DNA from: Nitrosopumilus sp. | GTDB taxonomy: Archaea > Thermoproteota > Nitrososphaeria > Nitrososphaerales > Nitrosopumilaceae | Assembly (NCBI GenBank): GCA_965218695.1 | Contig: OZ244651.1 | Coordinates: 736,001-800,000 of the forward strand | Direction of reading: 5' to 3' | DNA: 64,000 bases | Shown here: positions 11,351-22,175 of the stretch, one piece after another | How the letters are laid out: every line of letters starts with the position of its first letter | How positions within the stretch are numbered: position 1 is the first letter of the stretch | Position numbers and translations under genes: made by a program | The notes under the pieces: generated by a model | Seen by the model: only the letters and a program-made list of their open reading frames with translations | Database searches by the model: none | Told to the model about the DNA's origin: nothing

Positions 11351-11518
11351 ACTGCCGTGCCTTCACACGCCATCCACCAGCTGGCACCCGTGCCCGGGGA
11401 CACAATGCAGTGGGAGATTGACAAGGCAGAACGCGGATGGATTGTCATGATGCAGAAGAAAAAGCATTGGGACAAAGAAGGGATTCCAAGAGGCATGAGG
11501 TCGGACCAAACGTGGTGA
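11318..11518 (+). pseudogene. AbrB/MazE/SpoVT-like DNA-binding protein fragment
   Basis: SVHTAVPSHAIHQLAPVPGDTMQWEIDK resembles the AbrB swapped-hairpin consensus; 5' end replaced by the IS remnant. Confidence 0.45.
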
Positions 11519-11972
11519 GTGGTCGGGTTTTGGTACATGTCGATGGAAAACACCAATTCGTCGTCGAAGCGATATTTGACCATCCGCATGCATTGAGTCA
11601 CTTTTTTGAACACCATCACAAGTGATAAGTTCTTGTCAACTCCCAGGTCCAACAGGGTAACTGCCATGATTACCGCTATAGCGGTAACACACGCGTCTTT
11701 TGATCTTCAACATAGACACTTCCAGAGAATTTCCACCCGGCTGCCCAGGAGAAGAATATCAACGAAGTCTTTGACAGCCTGCCGGAAGGCAAGAAGAACC
11801 ACATAAACGAGCGCGACGGCAAAACATGAGCCGTCCTGATGCGTACTGTTTGAGGCGTGGATACGTTGAGTATCACCACGCAAAGTACAATCTAGTGTAT
11901 CGTCTATCATGAGATTGCATCATGTTGCTTAGGACGGTGGCGCGCAGTTGGCCAACTCCGTAAATTAGCTAC

Positions 11973-12479
11973 CTACAGCTCGGCTAGATATGCAGTGTAA
12001 TCGCCATGGTTTAGGCGTTGTTTGGCCCGAACCAATTTTGTTTTCTCTAACTCAAAAATGCCACGTTTCTTAAGCTCGCCCATCTTCAAAATTAAAACAC
12101 GGTATGAAGTGTAAGGTATGGAATCAAGCATCTCATTTTCATCAAATTCACGCCCAAACGAAATCATCAGGCGAAAACTGCCACTCAAATCCATGTCTTT
12201 GGCGCATGCTGCGGGAAAGTTTGTAATGTCGAATTTGTCGTGCTTGTCCACGAAGTCAGCCAATTTTCTGCAAGCCTGCCAGCGTGCGGTAGTTGACGGG
12301 TTACCACTACCTCCCAGCACTGGCTTTACTTCTGCAATCAACGCATCGTATCCGTATTTCAAGGCATTGACATCGTTCCCGATGCTTATGCCACTTGCCT
12401 CAAAATCACCCAAATCCATGGACACCTCGGTGATTCCATCAATCCTGATTAGTTTCACGGATATCCTGTGTTGCGTCAT
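11973..12479 (-). CDS. Hypothetical protein, possibly DUF1016 N-terminal-like helical domain
   Basis: 12 nt downstream of the GHKL gene. Pattern ARWQACRKL...CAKDM...FRLMISFGREF...IPYTSYRVL resembles YhcG/DUF1016_N. Confidence 0.55.
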   Translation of the reverse strand: MTQHRISVKLIRIDGITEVSMDLGDFEASGISIGNDVNALKYGYDALIAEVKPVLGGSGNPSTTARWQACRKLADFVDKHDKFDITNFPAACAKDMDLSGSFRLMISFGREFDENEMLDSIPYTSYRVLILKMGELKKRGIFELEKTKLVRAKQRLNHGDYTAYLAEL

Positions 12480-12491
12480 GCATTCACCACA

Positions 12492-13886
12492 TCAGACCAC
12501 TTTAAGATCTTTGGCTTCTGTCATCAAGTCCCTGTGTATGTCTAGTGCTTCTGCGGGAGTCATTAATTTCTTTTTTGTTCCATGCTTGATCAGCGAACTA
12601 AAAATGACGGATTTGACGCGCTGGTTTCTCGCGTCTTCATTCCTCTCATATTGGCGGTATAGCGGATGTTGCCGGTTACAAACAAAGTTGTTGGTTTCTG
12701 GATCAAGCCAGCCGTCACGAGGATCGCCGTACCGGTCTACCAACGTGATGTTGAGGTCGCTTCCGCCGCGACTGTCGTTCTTGTTATTTTTTCGTTCTTT
12801 GTCGGTTGATTGTCTAGGCGGTTCTTCAGGGGGGAGTTTTGCATTTCCCGCTCCGGCGCCCTTGCCAGGCCCAATTTCGTTCGTTACGCTTGGATTTAGC
12901 CATTCATATTCCGGCTTTTTAAATAATTTTTGAAAAAACCTTGACAGTTTGGCGTTGCGCTGGATTTCCCCAACCGGTTTTTCCACGTATCCATGCTTGC
13001 GAAGCGTCTCATGCGCCCAGCGTTCAACTCCCTTGTACATGTCCCCTACGGGACCCTGTCCGCTCTTGAAACTGCTCTTGTTTAGCTTGAGATATTTGGA
13101 ACACTTTTCCGCGTCAATCATCACGTGTACGCGGTTCTTGTAAGGCTCCGTGATCTCTGCCGCCCATTCAAGCTTCTTGGTTGTTATGTTCTTTCCCCAT
13201 ACCTGGTATTGTAGATAGCGCCATTTTGCAGGAATGTCTTCGCACATTACAGTCAGAGTGACCGGAAACACGAGATGTCTGACCTTTACAGTATCGCTTG
13301 TCTGAAATTCATGCGGCGGCTTCCACGCTTCTAATTTGTCGTCGTTGATTGTGACTGTCAGGCCATTGAGCAGGGCGGGATTAAACTCGTTAAGCAAGAT
13401 CTCGTGTAGCTTTGTTTGCAATGACTTGTAATCATTCTCGCGAAGTTTCACTCCATACGACGTGCCACGGATCCTCAGCGCCGTCGCAATATTACACTCG
13501 TTCCATTTTGGCGTTCCGTGCTTGACATACATGTCCGACACGAATGGGCCTTCATCACCGTATGTTTCCGTGCGTATTACCGTGTTTTTCCATATGGCAA
13601 GGTAAACCTTTGCCCCAACACCCGCAAAGCCAATTCCGCGTCCTTTCGTCTTGGTGGATCCGGATATCTTGTGGTATGCCCTGAACTGCTTCCGGTTCAT
13701 TCCCGGGCCGTTGTCCTTGAACGTTATCGATTGGTCTTTGAGTGTTATGTCGACCATGTTTGCCTTGGCATCAAGCGCGTTTGCCATTGCCTCCAGCACG
13801 ACCACCGATGTCTCGTCGTCATACGCGTCACGAAAGTTTTCAAGCGTATGCATTACGTTGATTTCTATGTCGTGTTGTCTTGTCAC
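12492..13886 (-). CDS. GHKL (MORC/Hsp90-like, HATPase_c_3) ATPase
   Basis: N box VLEAMANALDA, G1 box FKDNGPGM, G2 box GIGFAGVGAK. Confidence 0.85.
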   Translation of the reverse strand: MTRQHDIEINVMHTLENFRDAYDDETSVVVLEAMANALDAKANMVDITLKDQSITFKDNGPGMNRKQFRAYHKISGSTKTKGRGIGFAGVGAKVYLAIWKNTVIRTETYGDEGPFVSDMYVKHGTPKWNECNIATALRIRGTSYGVKLRENDYKSLQTKLHEILLNEFNPALLNGLTVTINDDKLEAWKPPHEFQTSDTVKVRHLVFPVTLTVMCEDIPAKWRYLQYQVWGKNITTKKLEWAAEITEPYKNRVHVMIDAEKCSKYLKLNKSSFKSGQGPVGDMYKGVERWAHETLRKHGYVEKPVGEIQRNAKLSRFFQKLFKKPEYEWLNPSVTNEIGPGKGAGAGNAKLPPEEPPRQSTDKERKNNKNDSRGGSDLNITLVDRYGDPRDGWLDPETNNFVCNRQHPLYRQYERNEDARNQRVKSVIFSSLIKHGTKKKLMTPAEALDIHRDLMTEAKDLKVV

Positions 13887-14092
13887 ATCGCAGTAATATC
13901 ATAAACAGTATAAATGAATATGTATCATTTGACAGGAGCATAGCACCAAATTACATGGTTATGGGAATTGTAACGCGTAGTCTGCTCGTATTCATAAAGA
14001 CTCATTATAACTTATTATCGGACATTTTCAGACATGTGCTGGGCCATCTCTACCTATTATCGAACGGCGCGGTTCCATTTGGAATTGAACAA

Positions 14093-14362
14093 TTATGTGA
14101 ACAAAAAAAACCGTGCTGATCCACACGAACTTATGATCTTGGCTATAAGTGCCCAGCCGGGATCTTGTCTGGCGTGTTGTACCGGTTCGACAGAGTGTTC
14201 TTCAAATGTGCCGCTAAACTGGTCCTTGCACATATTGCACAATACGTACCTTAGTGGCATCCCGTACATTTTCTTTGTGTCCTTGTATCTTATACCTCGG
14301 TAAAATAGTCCGATCTGGTCGGCGTCGTCTTTCGCGTTTATGTCGTTGGGCGTAATCTCCAT
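14093..14362 (-). pseudogene. Probable N-terminal fragment of a thaumarchaeal integrase
   Basis: MEITPNDI...IGLFYRGIR..DTKKMY...LRYVLC..GTFEE...ARQDPGW resembles my recollection of Nitrosopumilus integrase N-termini; truncated. Confidence 0.4.
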
Positions 14363-14616
14363 AAAGTCTGCGTAACCGTTTTACTTCAGTACTTTTTGAC
14401 GGCATGAACAATCTATTATGCACGATACGGCTGCCATAATCTTGTGGCCTTGGGAAATCACGGGATGGTCATGTATGCCTAAAATGTGCACATGTCCCGT
14501 TCCTGTATGGGTACGGCCTGACAGCGTCTATTAGTCGCGTACGGGGGCGGGTGGGAAAATCGTCCAAAAATTAAAACAACGCTAAAATCGTCTCTAATGC
14601 GTTTATCGCGATTTTG

Positions 14617-15829
14617 GGGTGTGTCCTAGAGGCATATACCCCCGGATGACAAAAGATATGGATCGGCGGATCACGGCATCGCCTAATGACTACAAAGAAA
14701 CGCGACCAACGACAGTACGATTTGGTTCAGCAGTACCTGTCGGGCCTCATGCTGAATACCGTGCTGGGAATAATCAAGAATCTTGGGGATCCGTACGCCG
14801 TCAGGCCCGGCCTGGGCGGCATGACGGCATACCCGCCTGGCGCCATGGCAGCTGTCTGCATCATGCTTGAGGCACAGCGCACGACCTACCGTAAGATGGT
14901 CGGCATCCTCCGAAACAATAGCGCCATGGCAGCCAAGATGGGCCTAGAGAAAATTCCCTCCAAGAGCACGATAGCACGCGCCTACGGCCTGATCCCGGAA
15001 TGGTACCTGGCAGAGGCACACCGGATTGCCATCAGGGAGGTGGAGGCAGGCTCCCTGGCAGCAGACGGTACCGGATACTCGTACCTGCGGTTTGTCAGGT
15101 GGTTTGACGTCAGGACCGACAGTTTTCGTACCAGAAAGGGATGGGTCAAACTGCACGCAATCGTGGATATCCGCACCAGGGTGATAATCGACTGCATGGT
15201 GACTGACAGCGCAGTGGCAGACATAAACGGGCTGTACGCGATGCTCGGCAGGTTAGGCCGGGGCACCGGCGACTTTTGCCTGGATTCTGCATACCTGGCA
15301 AGGCTCATGTGCAACATGATATCTGCGATGGGAATGGTGCCCCGCATCAAGCCAAAATCCAACACCATACGCAACGCCAGGGGAAGCCAGTCGTGGCGCG
15401 AGATGGTAAGCCTGTACATGGATGAACGGGACAGGTTTGACTCGGAATACCACCAGCGCAGCATCATCGAGGCAGTCTTTGCCGCCCTCAAGAAGATGTA
15501 CGGGGACAGCACCAGGTGCCGAAAACACGAGAACCGGACAAGGGAGACTGCGATCCGTGTCATGTGCTACAACATCGAGCTCGTGGCCAGATTGCAGGCA
15601 AAAGACGGCAGGCTCACACAGGATCAAATCGCGACACTTGCAGCATAGCTGGCGCGTTTCACCACGCGCTTCCTAGCGGAGCCTCCGCACCGTGTCTTGG
15701 ATTTGGGGGATTTTATGGGTTGTGGAGGATCGATGGTGCGGCACTGTTGGCGTCGACGGGTTCTGGCACCAATCATGTCTTTGGCATCTTGGCACATGAA
15801 ATGGCATTTTTTATTACTAGGACACACCC
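14617..15829 (+). mobile_element. IS5-like insertion sequence, copy 1
   Basis: IR GGGTGTGTCCTAG / CTAGGACACACCC; 9-bp TSD GCGATTTTG (14608-14616, 15830-15838). Confidence 0.95.
14686..15648 (+). CDS. IS5-like DDE transposase (DDE_Tnp_1)
   Basis: AADGTG, WVKLHAIVD, CLDSAY, YHQRSIIEAVF. Confidence 0.92.
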   Translation: MTTKKRDQRQYDLVQQYLSGLMLNTVLGIIKNLGDPYAVRPGLGGMTAYPPGAMAAVCIMLEAQRTTYRKMVGILRNNSAMAAKMGLEKIPSKSTIARAYGLIPEWYLAEAHRIAIREVEAGSLAADGTGYSYLRFVRWFDVRTDSFRTRKGWVKLHAIVDIRTRVIIDCMVTDSAVADINGLYAMLGRLGRGTGDFCLDSAYLARLMCNMISAMGMVPRIKPKSNTIRNARGSQSWREMVSLYMDERDRFDSEYHQRSIIEAVFAALKKMYGDSTRCRKHENRTRETAIRVMCYNIELVARLQAKDGRLTQDQIATLAA

Positions 15830-15918
15830 GCGATTTTGCTATATCTTTTAAATGATCAGAGCACAAAATAAACATGACTGGAAAGACGGCCCTTTTAAGC
15901 CGGGTGGGCGTGTAGGGC

Positions 15919-17025
15919 ATGTTCGGCAGGAAGAAGAAAAAGCAGCAGCAGGAAGAAGAGCCCGGCGCGCGCTCGCACGAGTCCGGCTACATCATGCGCA
16001 AGGGCGAGCACATGGTACTTGCACAAGAGGTCGCTTCCCCGGAGGGCAGCGGCTGGCTCATGGTCACAAACATGGAGTTCTTCTTCATCCACCGCAGCCG
16101 TGGAATATACCTGCACCTGGACCACGACATGATTGAATCGATAAAAAATGACAAGGACAAGATCACGGTAAAGTGGACAGAAGGCGGCGCGGGGTTTGAT
16201 TTTCAGATGCGCCTCAGGGAGGGATTCTACACGGCCAAGGAGATAATCAGGATGTTGGATGCGCGGTTCCGGTACGCCGGGCAGGTCTTTGAGCACGTCG
16301 GGTTGGACGACAACGACATCGAGCGCGCCAGGCATGTCAGGGTGCGCCATTTTGAATCAGAGCTGGAAAAGACGCAGGGGGCCATAAGGGGGATAGAGGC
16401 CGGCGAAATTGAGGATGACGGCATTGGCGGCTGGAGGTTATTGGAGGAGACAGAAAAGATGAATCTGGAATGCGCCAAGGCGATGCCGTTTGTGCGCTCG
16501 GCCAGGGTTCCGGCCCACATACAGCTCGCACACGTCTGGAACGACTGCTACTACGACGAGAAGAGGAAGATGTTTGTCACTTTCCGCAGGTTCCCTAACG
16601 GCGTGGGCCGTGAGACGCGCGCCAAGCAGGACGGGCTTGGCTATGTCGGAGAAGGGATGGCGTTTGGCTGGAAGGATGTAAGGTTCAGATACGGTTATCC
16701 GACGGTGACGGCAAAGGACAAAAACGGCCTTTATTGCAGCAGCCTGCTGTGCACAATGTCTGAGGAGATGATAACCGAGGATCTTGTGATATCGTTGTTT
16801 AGGATTCACGATGATTTGGGCAGATCTGATTTGGATACGGTCTACTATGAGACCGAGGCAAAGCGATGGATCGGCGGCAGGTTCTTCAAGATCACAGACG
16901 CAGAACGCAGGATCGGCCTAAAGCATTTGGCGTGGCTCCGGGCCACGAACAATCCGGACATCCCGTGGATCAGGCCAATGGAGTTCATCCGGCTTGAAGA
17001 AAAAGAAGATACGGTCGTGGCATAA
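15919..17025 (+). CDS. Hypothetical protein with PH-like N-terminal domain
   Basis: TTTTAAG TATA at about -26. GWLMVTNMEFFF...IESIK...ITVKW is a bacterial-PH-like strand pattern (inferred). Confidence 0.65.
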   Translation: MFGRKKKKQQQEEEPGARSHESGYIMRKGEHMVLAQEVASPEGSGWLMVTNMEFFFIHRSRGIYLHLDHDMIESIKNDKDKITVKWTEGGAGFDFQMRLREGFYTAKEIIRMLDARFRYAGQVFEHVGLDDNDIERARHVRVRHFESELEKTQGAIRGIEAGEIEDDGIGGWRLLEETEKMNLECAKAMPFVRSARVPAHIQLAHVWNDCYYDEKRKMFVTFRRFPNGVGRETRAKQDGLGYVGEGMAFGWKDVRFRYGYPTVTAKDKNGLYCSSLLCTMSEEMITEDLVISLFRIHDDLGRSDLDTVYYETEAKRWIGGRFFKITDAERRIGLKHLAWLRATNNPDIPWIRPMEFIRLEEKEDTVVA

Positions 17026-17446
17026 AGCAGAATGCACACGCCGGTTTGGCACGTCATCTCAAAAGTCTGTCCGGCTCATGCACGCCCCCGGCTGCCGCCC
17101 TGAATTCGTTTGCGAGTTCAAGCAGTCCTTTTTTGTCGGGACGGCCCGCTTCGCCTACAAACCCGAACATGCAAAATATCTTATCTCGTTATGAGGGCAG
17201 TTTGAATAAAATTTTGTAATAAATTCGATTTTCGGTCACGGGTTTACGTTTCGTGGTATGCGTGGATGCCCAAATGGTTGGAAGATGTCCTTTGAATATA
17301 GGATATTGTGTACGTTTGAAGTGTTGCGCATAACACACACGCGCTAGATGTTATCCCGCATAGTTTACAGATGGTTCCGTACAGGGAATTTTCAACGACC
17401 GGGTTCGGTTTTACATGTAACGGCGGTCTCTTTATTTTAATTTGTT

Positions 17447-17782
17447 TTAAATGTATTTTTCTCCCTTTTTCTTGGTGGTGATGTCGACTACACCATCCAT
17501 TGCAGAGATGAAAATCTTGCCATCGCCCGGTGATCCTGTATGCACGGCATCTGTAATTATCGACACTGCCTCGTCTTCCTTGGCATCCTCAATTGCAACA
17601 AAAAATGTCACAACATCATTGTATCGTTCTATGTAACGCCCTAGTCCCGGTTTGATCTTTCTGGGTCCCTTTCCGCGACCCTTTGCAGAGGTTACGGTAA
17701 GGCCGCCAATCCCTGCCTTTTGCAGGGCGTCCACGACGTCTTTTTCCTTAGATGCGGGGACTACCGCGTCAATTCTTTTCAT
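17447..17782 (-). CDS. glnB: P-II family nitrogen regulatory protein
   Basis: MKRIDAVV, GLTVTSAKGRG, HTGSPGDGKIFIS; 111 aa. Confidence 0.93.
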   Translation of the reverse strand: MKRIDAVVPASKEKDVVDALQKAGIGGLTVTSAKGRGKGPRKIKPGLGRYIERYNDVVTFFVAIEDAKEDEAVSIITDAVHTGSPGDGKIFISAMDGVVDITTKKKGEKYI

Positions 17783-18113
17783 GCATTCTTACAAGGACGG
17801 GTTAAAAAGTTTATTTTGTACAGGGTTTGCAGGCTGGTTTTAAAGAAAACTCCATTCCAAGCCAACCACGGCTATCTGGCAATTCCATTGCATCGTCCAT
17901 ACCTCGCTGCAAGGAGTTGGATCTTGAAACTTTTCGGTTGGCTAAGATGATGCTTGTTCGGGGACTTTGGCGTGTCAGTATAGATCCTGTATCGACCGGG
18001 CGATTTCCTGCGGGGCGTACTCGCCGTGCGCCGCCCCGCATCAACCGGCCTTGACAAGAATCCGCAACGGATTAGACGCGGCGCCGTAAATATCTGCCTT
18101 GGGAACGTGCGAC

Positions 18114-18350
18114 ATGGACAGGCTGAATGCGCTTTTGGATGATGCGGCGATGCATGCGTCCACCGCGATAAAGTTCGATAGCCTCGGCACACGGAGCCTC
18201 TCGATTGATGAATACCGGATGGGCATCAAGATCCTGGGTCGCGTCATGAAAGAGTATTCTACCCAAGCGCCGGTCGTCGTGCTGCGGGCAAGGTGCGGCA
18301 GGTACGCGTACAGGATCAAGGTCTTGGAGCGCGCAGAAGGGAGTCAATAA
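18114..18350 (+). CDS. Stand-alone MIT domain protein (Vps4/CdvC N-terminal-like)
   Basis: 78 aa. AAMHASTAIKFDSLG..SIDEY...IKIL....Y....RC.RY..RIKVL three-helix MIT pattern. TAAATAT at about -25. Confidence 0.7.
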   Translation: MDRLNALLDDAAMHASTAIKFDSLGTRSLSIDEYRMGIKILGRVMKEYSTQAPVVVLRARCGRYAYRIKVLERAEGSQ

Positions 18351-18415
18351 ATGCCGGAGGCAGAATGGTGTCAATCGGGAGACCGAATTTGGTGCGGTCT
18401 CTTGGATGCGAGTGT

Positions 18416-18721
18416 TTAATCCATGTGGAGCAGAAACGTCTGCGGTCCGCTGATGCAGATGTCGCCCAGAATGGTGACCTGGCCCGCCGGATGGGCAGCT
18501 GAGCCGACGGCCCCTATCACTACCAGATGCCACCACCTTATCATCCCCATTCGGCGCATCTTGAACGTGACGATCCGCAGGCTCCGATGGACGCTGCCAT
18601 CGGGCCCCAGCGACAAGCACCCTGTTCCAAAGGTCAACAGCGAAAGCAAGACCTCATTAATCTGGTTGCTTGCGACGATGCCGGCGACTGCCAGCAGGGC
18701 GTACCATGCTGGCCGGGACAT
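18416..18721 (-). CDS. Possible small membrane protein
   Basis: Hydrophobic N-terminus; same strand as, and downstream of, the prepilin peptidase. Confidence 0.25.
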   Translation of the reverse strand: MSRPAWYALLAVAGIVASNQINEVLLSLLTFGTGCLSLGPDGSVHRSLRIVTFKMRRMGMIRWWHLVVIGAVGSAAHPAGQVTILGDICISGPQTFLLHMD

Positions 18722-19060
18722 GACTTGGCGGGCTGGCTGGCCGGCGGCAACAAAAGCATACGCGCCGGTTGTGTGTATGAGGTCACCATGTCAGGCCCAG
18801 CCTCATGCCTTGCGGCACCCGTCACTCGTCACAAGGCCGCCGCTTCCGGATTGTGGCCATTCCCCTCCTTTGCAGTGTATCGGATTTGGCCAGCGGAAAT
18901 CCCGCATTCACCGTCAAAACGGTATTTGGCTTTCCGCATGCCCCGAGTCCCTCTTTGGCATGCCATCATAAGTGGCAAATTCGTGTCGACTCTCAGATCC
19001 AACAGGAGTGCGCAGAGCGGTCCCGCACGCAAATATCCGTTCTGGCCTTGACATGTCCAG

Positions 19061-19735
19061 TCAGACAGGCAGAATGGCCCCAACCGGGGAGAGGAGGGCC
19101 AAAGCAACCAGGACAGACGCAGGCACGGCAGCAACGGTAAGAAACGGCACGGCATACTCTACATACTGCGTGTCTGAGGGCTCGGCAAACGCCTGGCCCA
19201 CAGGCTTGTGCCCCAGCTTGAACCTGCGCCTGCCGTCCACGACGTTTTCTGCAAGGAAGGCATGCCTGTCAAACACCCTCTGCCGATGCACCATGAAGAA
19301 CGCCAGACATTTGCGCCACCATTCCTCAGAGACGTCGCCAAACACCCCGCCACGCCTCATGGCATCAGAGGCGTTCAGCAGCGCGTTTCCCGCCACCACC
19401 GACACTGCTGACAGCGCCGTCGCAAATACAAACAATGCCAGCATCGTGGGTATTATGCCCAGATGCACCGGGTGTATCACGGCGCCCGTAATGATGGCAA
19501 GCGCGTCTGCGGTTCCTGCAAGCCTGAGCCTCCACAGCATGACTGCGCCGCCGGCCGAGCACAGCATGACCAGCACCTCGTAGCCGTTTGTGGCCTGCCA
19601 GTCAAGCAGGTATAGCGCGGCTCCTGCGGCGCCGAATGCAAGAAATATCCTGTCGCTTATCATGCGGGTACGGAAATCACACCAGGCAAGCACAAAAAAC
19701 ATGGCCAAAAACAGCACCATGCGGATCTCGTCCAT
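19061..19735 (-). CDS. Prepilin peptidase (A24, PibD/FlaK-like)
   Basis: AWCDFRTRMISD (first Asp), LAGTADALAI (GxGD-like second Asp), C-terminal VPFLT. Confidence 0.85.
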   Translation of the reverse strand: MDEIRMVLFLAMFFVLAWCDFRTRMISDRIFLAFGAAGAALYLLDWQATNGYEVLVMLCSAGGAVMLWRLRLAGTADALAIITGAVIHPVHLGIIPTMLALFVFATALSAVSVVAGNALLNASDAMRRGGVFGDVSEEWWRKCLAFFMVHRQRVFDRHAFLAENVVDGRRRFKLGHKPVGQAFAEPSDTQYVEYAVPFLTVAAVPASVLVALALLSPVGAILPV

Positions 19736-20242
19736 GGAATGGAGCCACGGGGGGCATAAAAGGCATGTCTTTTTGATTGCGGCAGTACCTGGCAGTGCAG
19801 GCGGCATCAGCAAGGGCGTGCTTTGTCTTCAAGGTATGGTCTGATACGTTCCGGCCGTGTTGCCGCACGATGTCGGCAGCCTGCCTCCGCGGTACCGGGT
19901 GCGGCTTGCGACGTGTCTGGTAAAACTAATGTTCACGGTATGGTGTTACCGCCTTTTTGTATGCTTGATCTGGATGTGTCGCAGGCAAGAGTGTTTCCAG
20001 GAGGTCTTTTGTTCCTTAGATTGCTAGCCCGAACAGCAGCGATGCCATGAATCTGCGTGCGGCCTCCTGGTTTTGATCCTGCCATAGGATGTAGCATATC
20101 AGGCCGGTTATTACCCAAAAGAACACGTGACCGGCATACCATAGTTTTGACGGCGTTGCCGGCTTTGGCGGTGGTGGTGGCGCCTCCATGTCATGGCGGA
20201 ACGCTCAGCGTAAAAACCCCTTTTATCTGCCATGATTTCACG

Positions 20243-21499
20243 TATACCAAAAGTGAAAAGTTGATGCGATTGTCACATATTTTACCGCATCTAGAGTTAT
20301 ACCAATTTCACGTCCCACAGTCAATGAAGATCAAGACGATGTTGAAAAGATACACCGCTGAGACAGACTGCGATACCAAGGACCGCATGATGCTGATCAT
20401 CAGAGTCAAACGTGATGGAATAACCATGAGGGATTCTGCAAAATCCCTGGGAAAGTCAGCCTCGTGGGGCTACAAGTGGCATGAGCGCTACCTGGAAGTC
20501 GGATTTGACAGGCTGGGAAACATGCCGCGCTCCGGCAGGCCGACCAAGGCGAGCAAGGCAGACATGAAGAAGATCAGAAAGGCCGCATGCAGTAAACCGG
20601 TCTGGACGGGCAGGGAGATGCAGCAATACATCCAACAGAAGACCGGAGTAAAGTACGAACTCGGATATGTGCGCCAGATACTGCGCGGGTGGGGCTATTC
20701 CCAAAAGGTTCCCGTAGGAAAACATGCAAGAAGGGCACCTGACGAGGAGATCAGGAAATTCCAAAAAGAGATGCCAGAGATTATAAAAAAAGAACAGTGA
20801 AGGAACAGTCGTAGCGATACAGGACGAGTCCATAGTAATCTCCGATGCGCGGCCGCGAAGACGCGGCTACACCAGGAAGGGAATACGGGCGTTTTTCACG
20901 TACACCGGCTCACACTCCAAGACGATAATCCATGGACTAATCACCACGGACGGCAGGGGCATGTTCCGGCAGTACGATGCGTTTACCAAGGACACCTTTG
21001 AGGACTTTCTAAGGCAGGCGATGTACAGGTTCAAGAAGATCTGCCTGATCATGGACAAGGCCTCCCAGCACAGGGCATCAAACATACGCAAACTGCTTGA
21101 TGGCACAGACGGCCTGGAGATAATCTTCCTGCCAACTGCAACCCCGGACCTGAGCGCCATAGAGACGTACTGGAGGGATCTCAAACGGGCAGTGCTTGAC
21201 GTGCCGTACACCAGCCTGAGCATGCTCCGCGAGGCGATCACCCGGTACACGAGGTACAAAAAACCGAATCTGGTAGTCGAGAATTTTCTGTACAGGGCCA
21301 TCTAGAACGACATCAAACCGCACCGGATCCACGCCGCCTAGCGTGTGCCATGCACGGCGCACCAGAGCATGCAATGTCTAATGTTTGGAGCGTCTTTTCT
21401 CGTCATTTGGGAATTCAACGCACCTCGTAATTTCCAGAGACGGCTGTTGCATCAAAAATTTATGAGCGATTTTGATATGAATTTTTCATTGCTGGTATA
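20243..21499 (+). mobile_element. IS630-family element (TA target) inserted after codon 4 of the PrgI-like gene
   Basis: Imperfect IR TATACCAAAAGTGAAAAGTT vs TATACCAGCAATGAAAAATT; TA at both ends. Confidence 0.75.
20323..21305 (+). CDS. IS630 transposase split in two frames at an A7 run (20785-20791)
   Basis: OrfA has HTH and PRSGRP. The +1 frame continues VAIQDES...IMDKASQH...LPTATPDLSAIE. Confidence 0.85.
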
Positions 21500-22175
21500 G
21501 TGTGATTCAAAAGCTGGTCTTCTTTAGGAACACGTCGACGATTAATGAGACGCTGTACAGCAATCCGGTCGGGCAGCTTTCGGTCCGCCAGACGCTGATC
21601 CTCGGGGTCGGGTGCGGTATCATCCTGCTGGGTGCCATGATGACATACAACGCGGAATCAAGGATCATGGACGCTGTATACTATCTTCCTTTACTGATAA
21701 TTCCGCTCGTGCTGGGCCTGTACAAGCCCAAGGTGCTGACGATGGACGAACTGCTCTGCTCCATCATCACCTTTGCGATAAGCGGCTCGTCGGTCAGGCG
21801 GATCTCCAGATCAAGGCCCAAGAGAACCGGCAAGGCAAGAGGCGTCGGCAATTCCAGCAGCCGCATGGGGTACAACACTCTGGAGTGCCAATACGTTCCA
21901 AAGGAGAACATGCGCGCCGTCACGGTGGCAGACCTGACAAAGCCGACGCGCCTAAAGCTGGTGATACAGAGGCCCGACGGCGGAGCGTTCGTAAACCATT
22001 TTGTATCCGTATACCTGGACGGCATCCGCGTCACTGCAATGACTACTGACAGTGCAGGCGAGGTCGAGGCCCTCGTGACGCCGGGAACAGAAGGGGTGCA
22101 TTCGTTGAGGGTCGTGGCAAAGGGGTATGACGAACCTGTCATGGATGGCAAGGTAAAGTTTCAGCGTGGGTGAGT

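Larger units (their letters stand above)
20232..22173 (+). pseudogene. PrgI/VirB3-like conjugation membrane protein interrupted by IS630 (GTG at 21502 may still initiate)
   Basis: Removing the IS gives MISRSVIQKLVFFRN. GQLSVRQ followed by two TM helices is typical of PrgI; C-terminal Ig-like domain. Confidence 0.65.
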
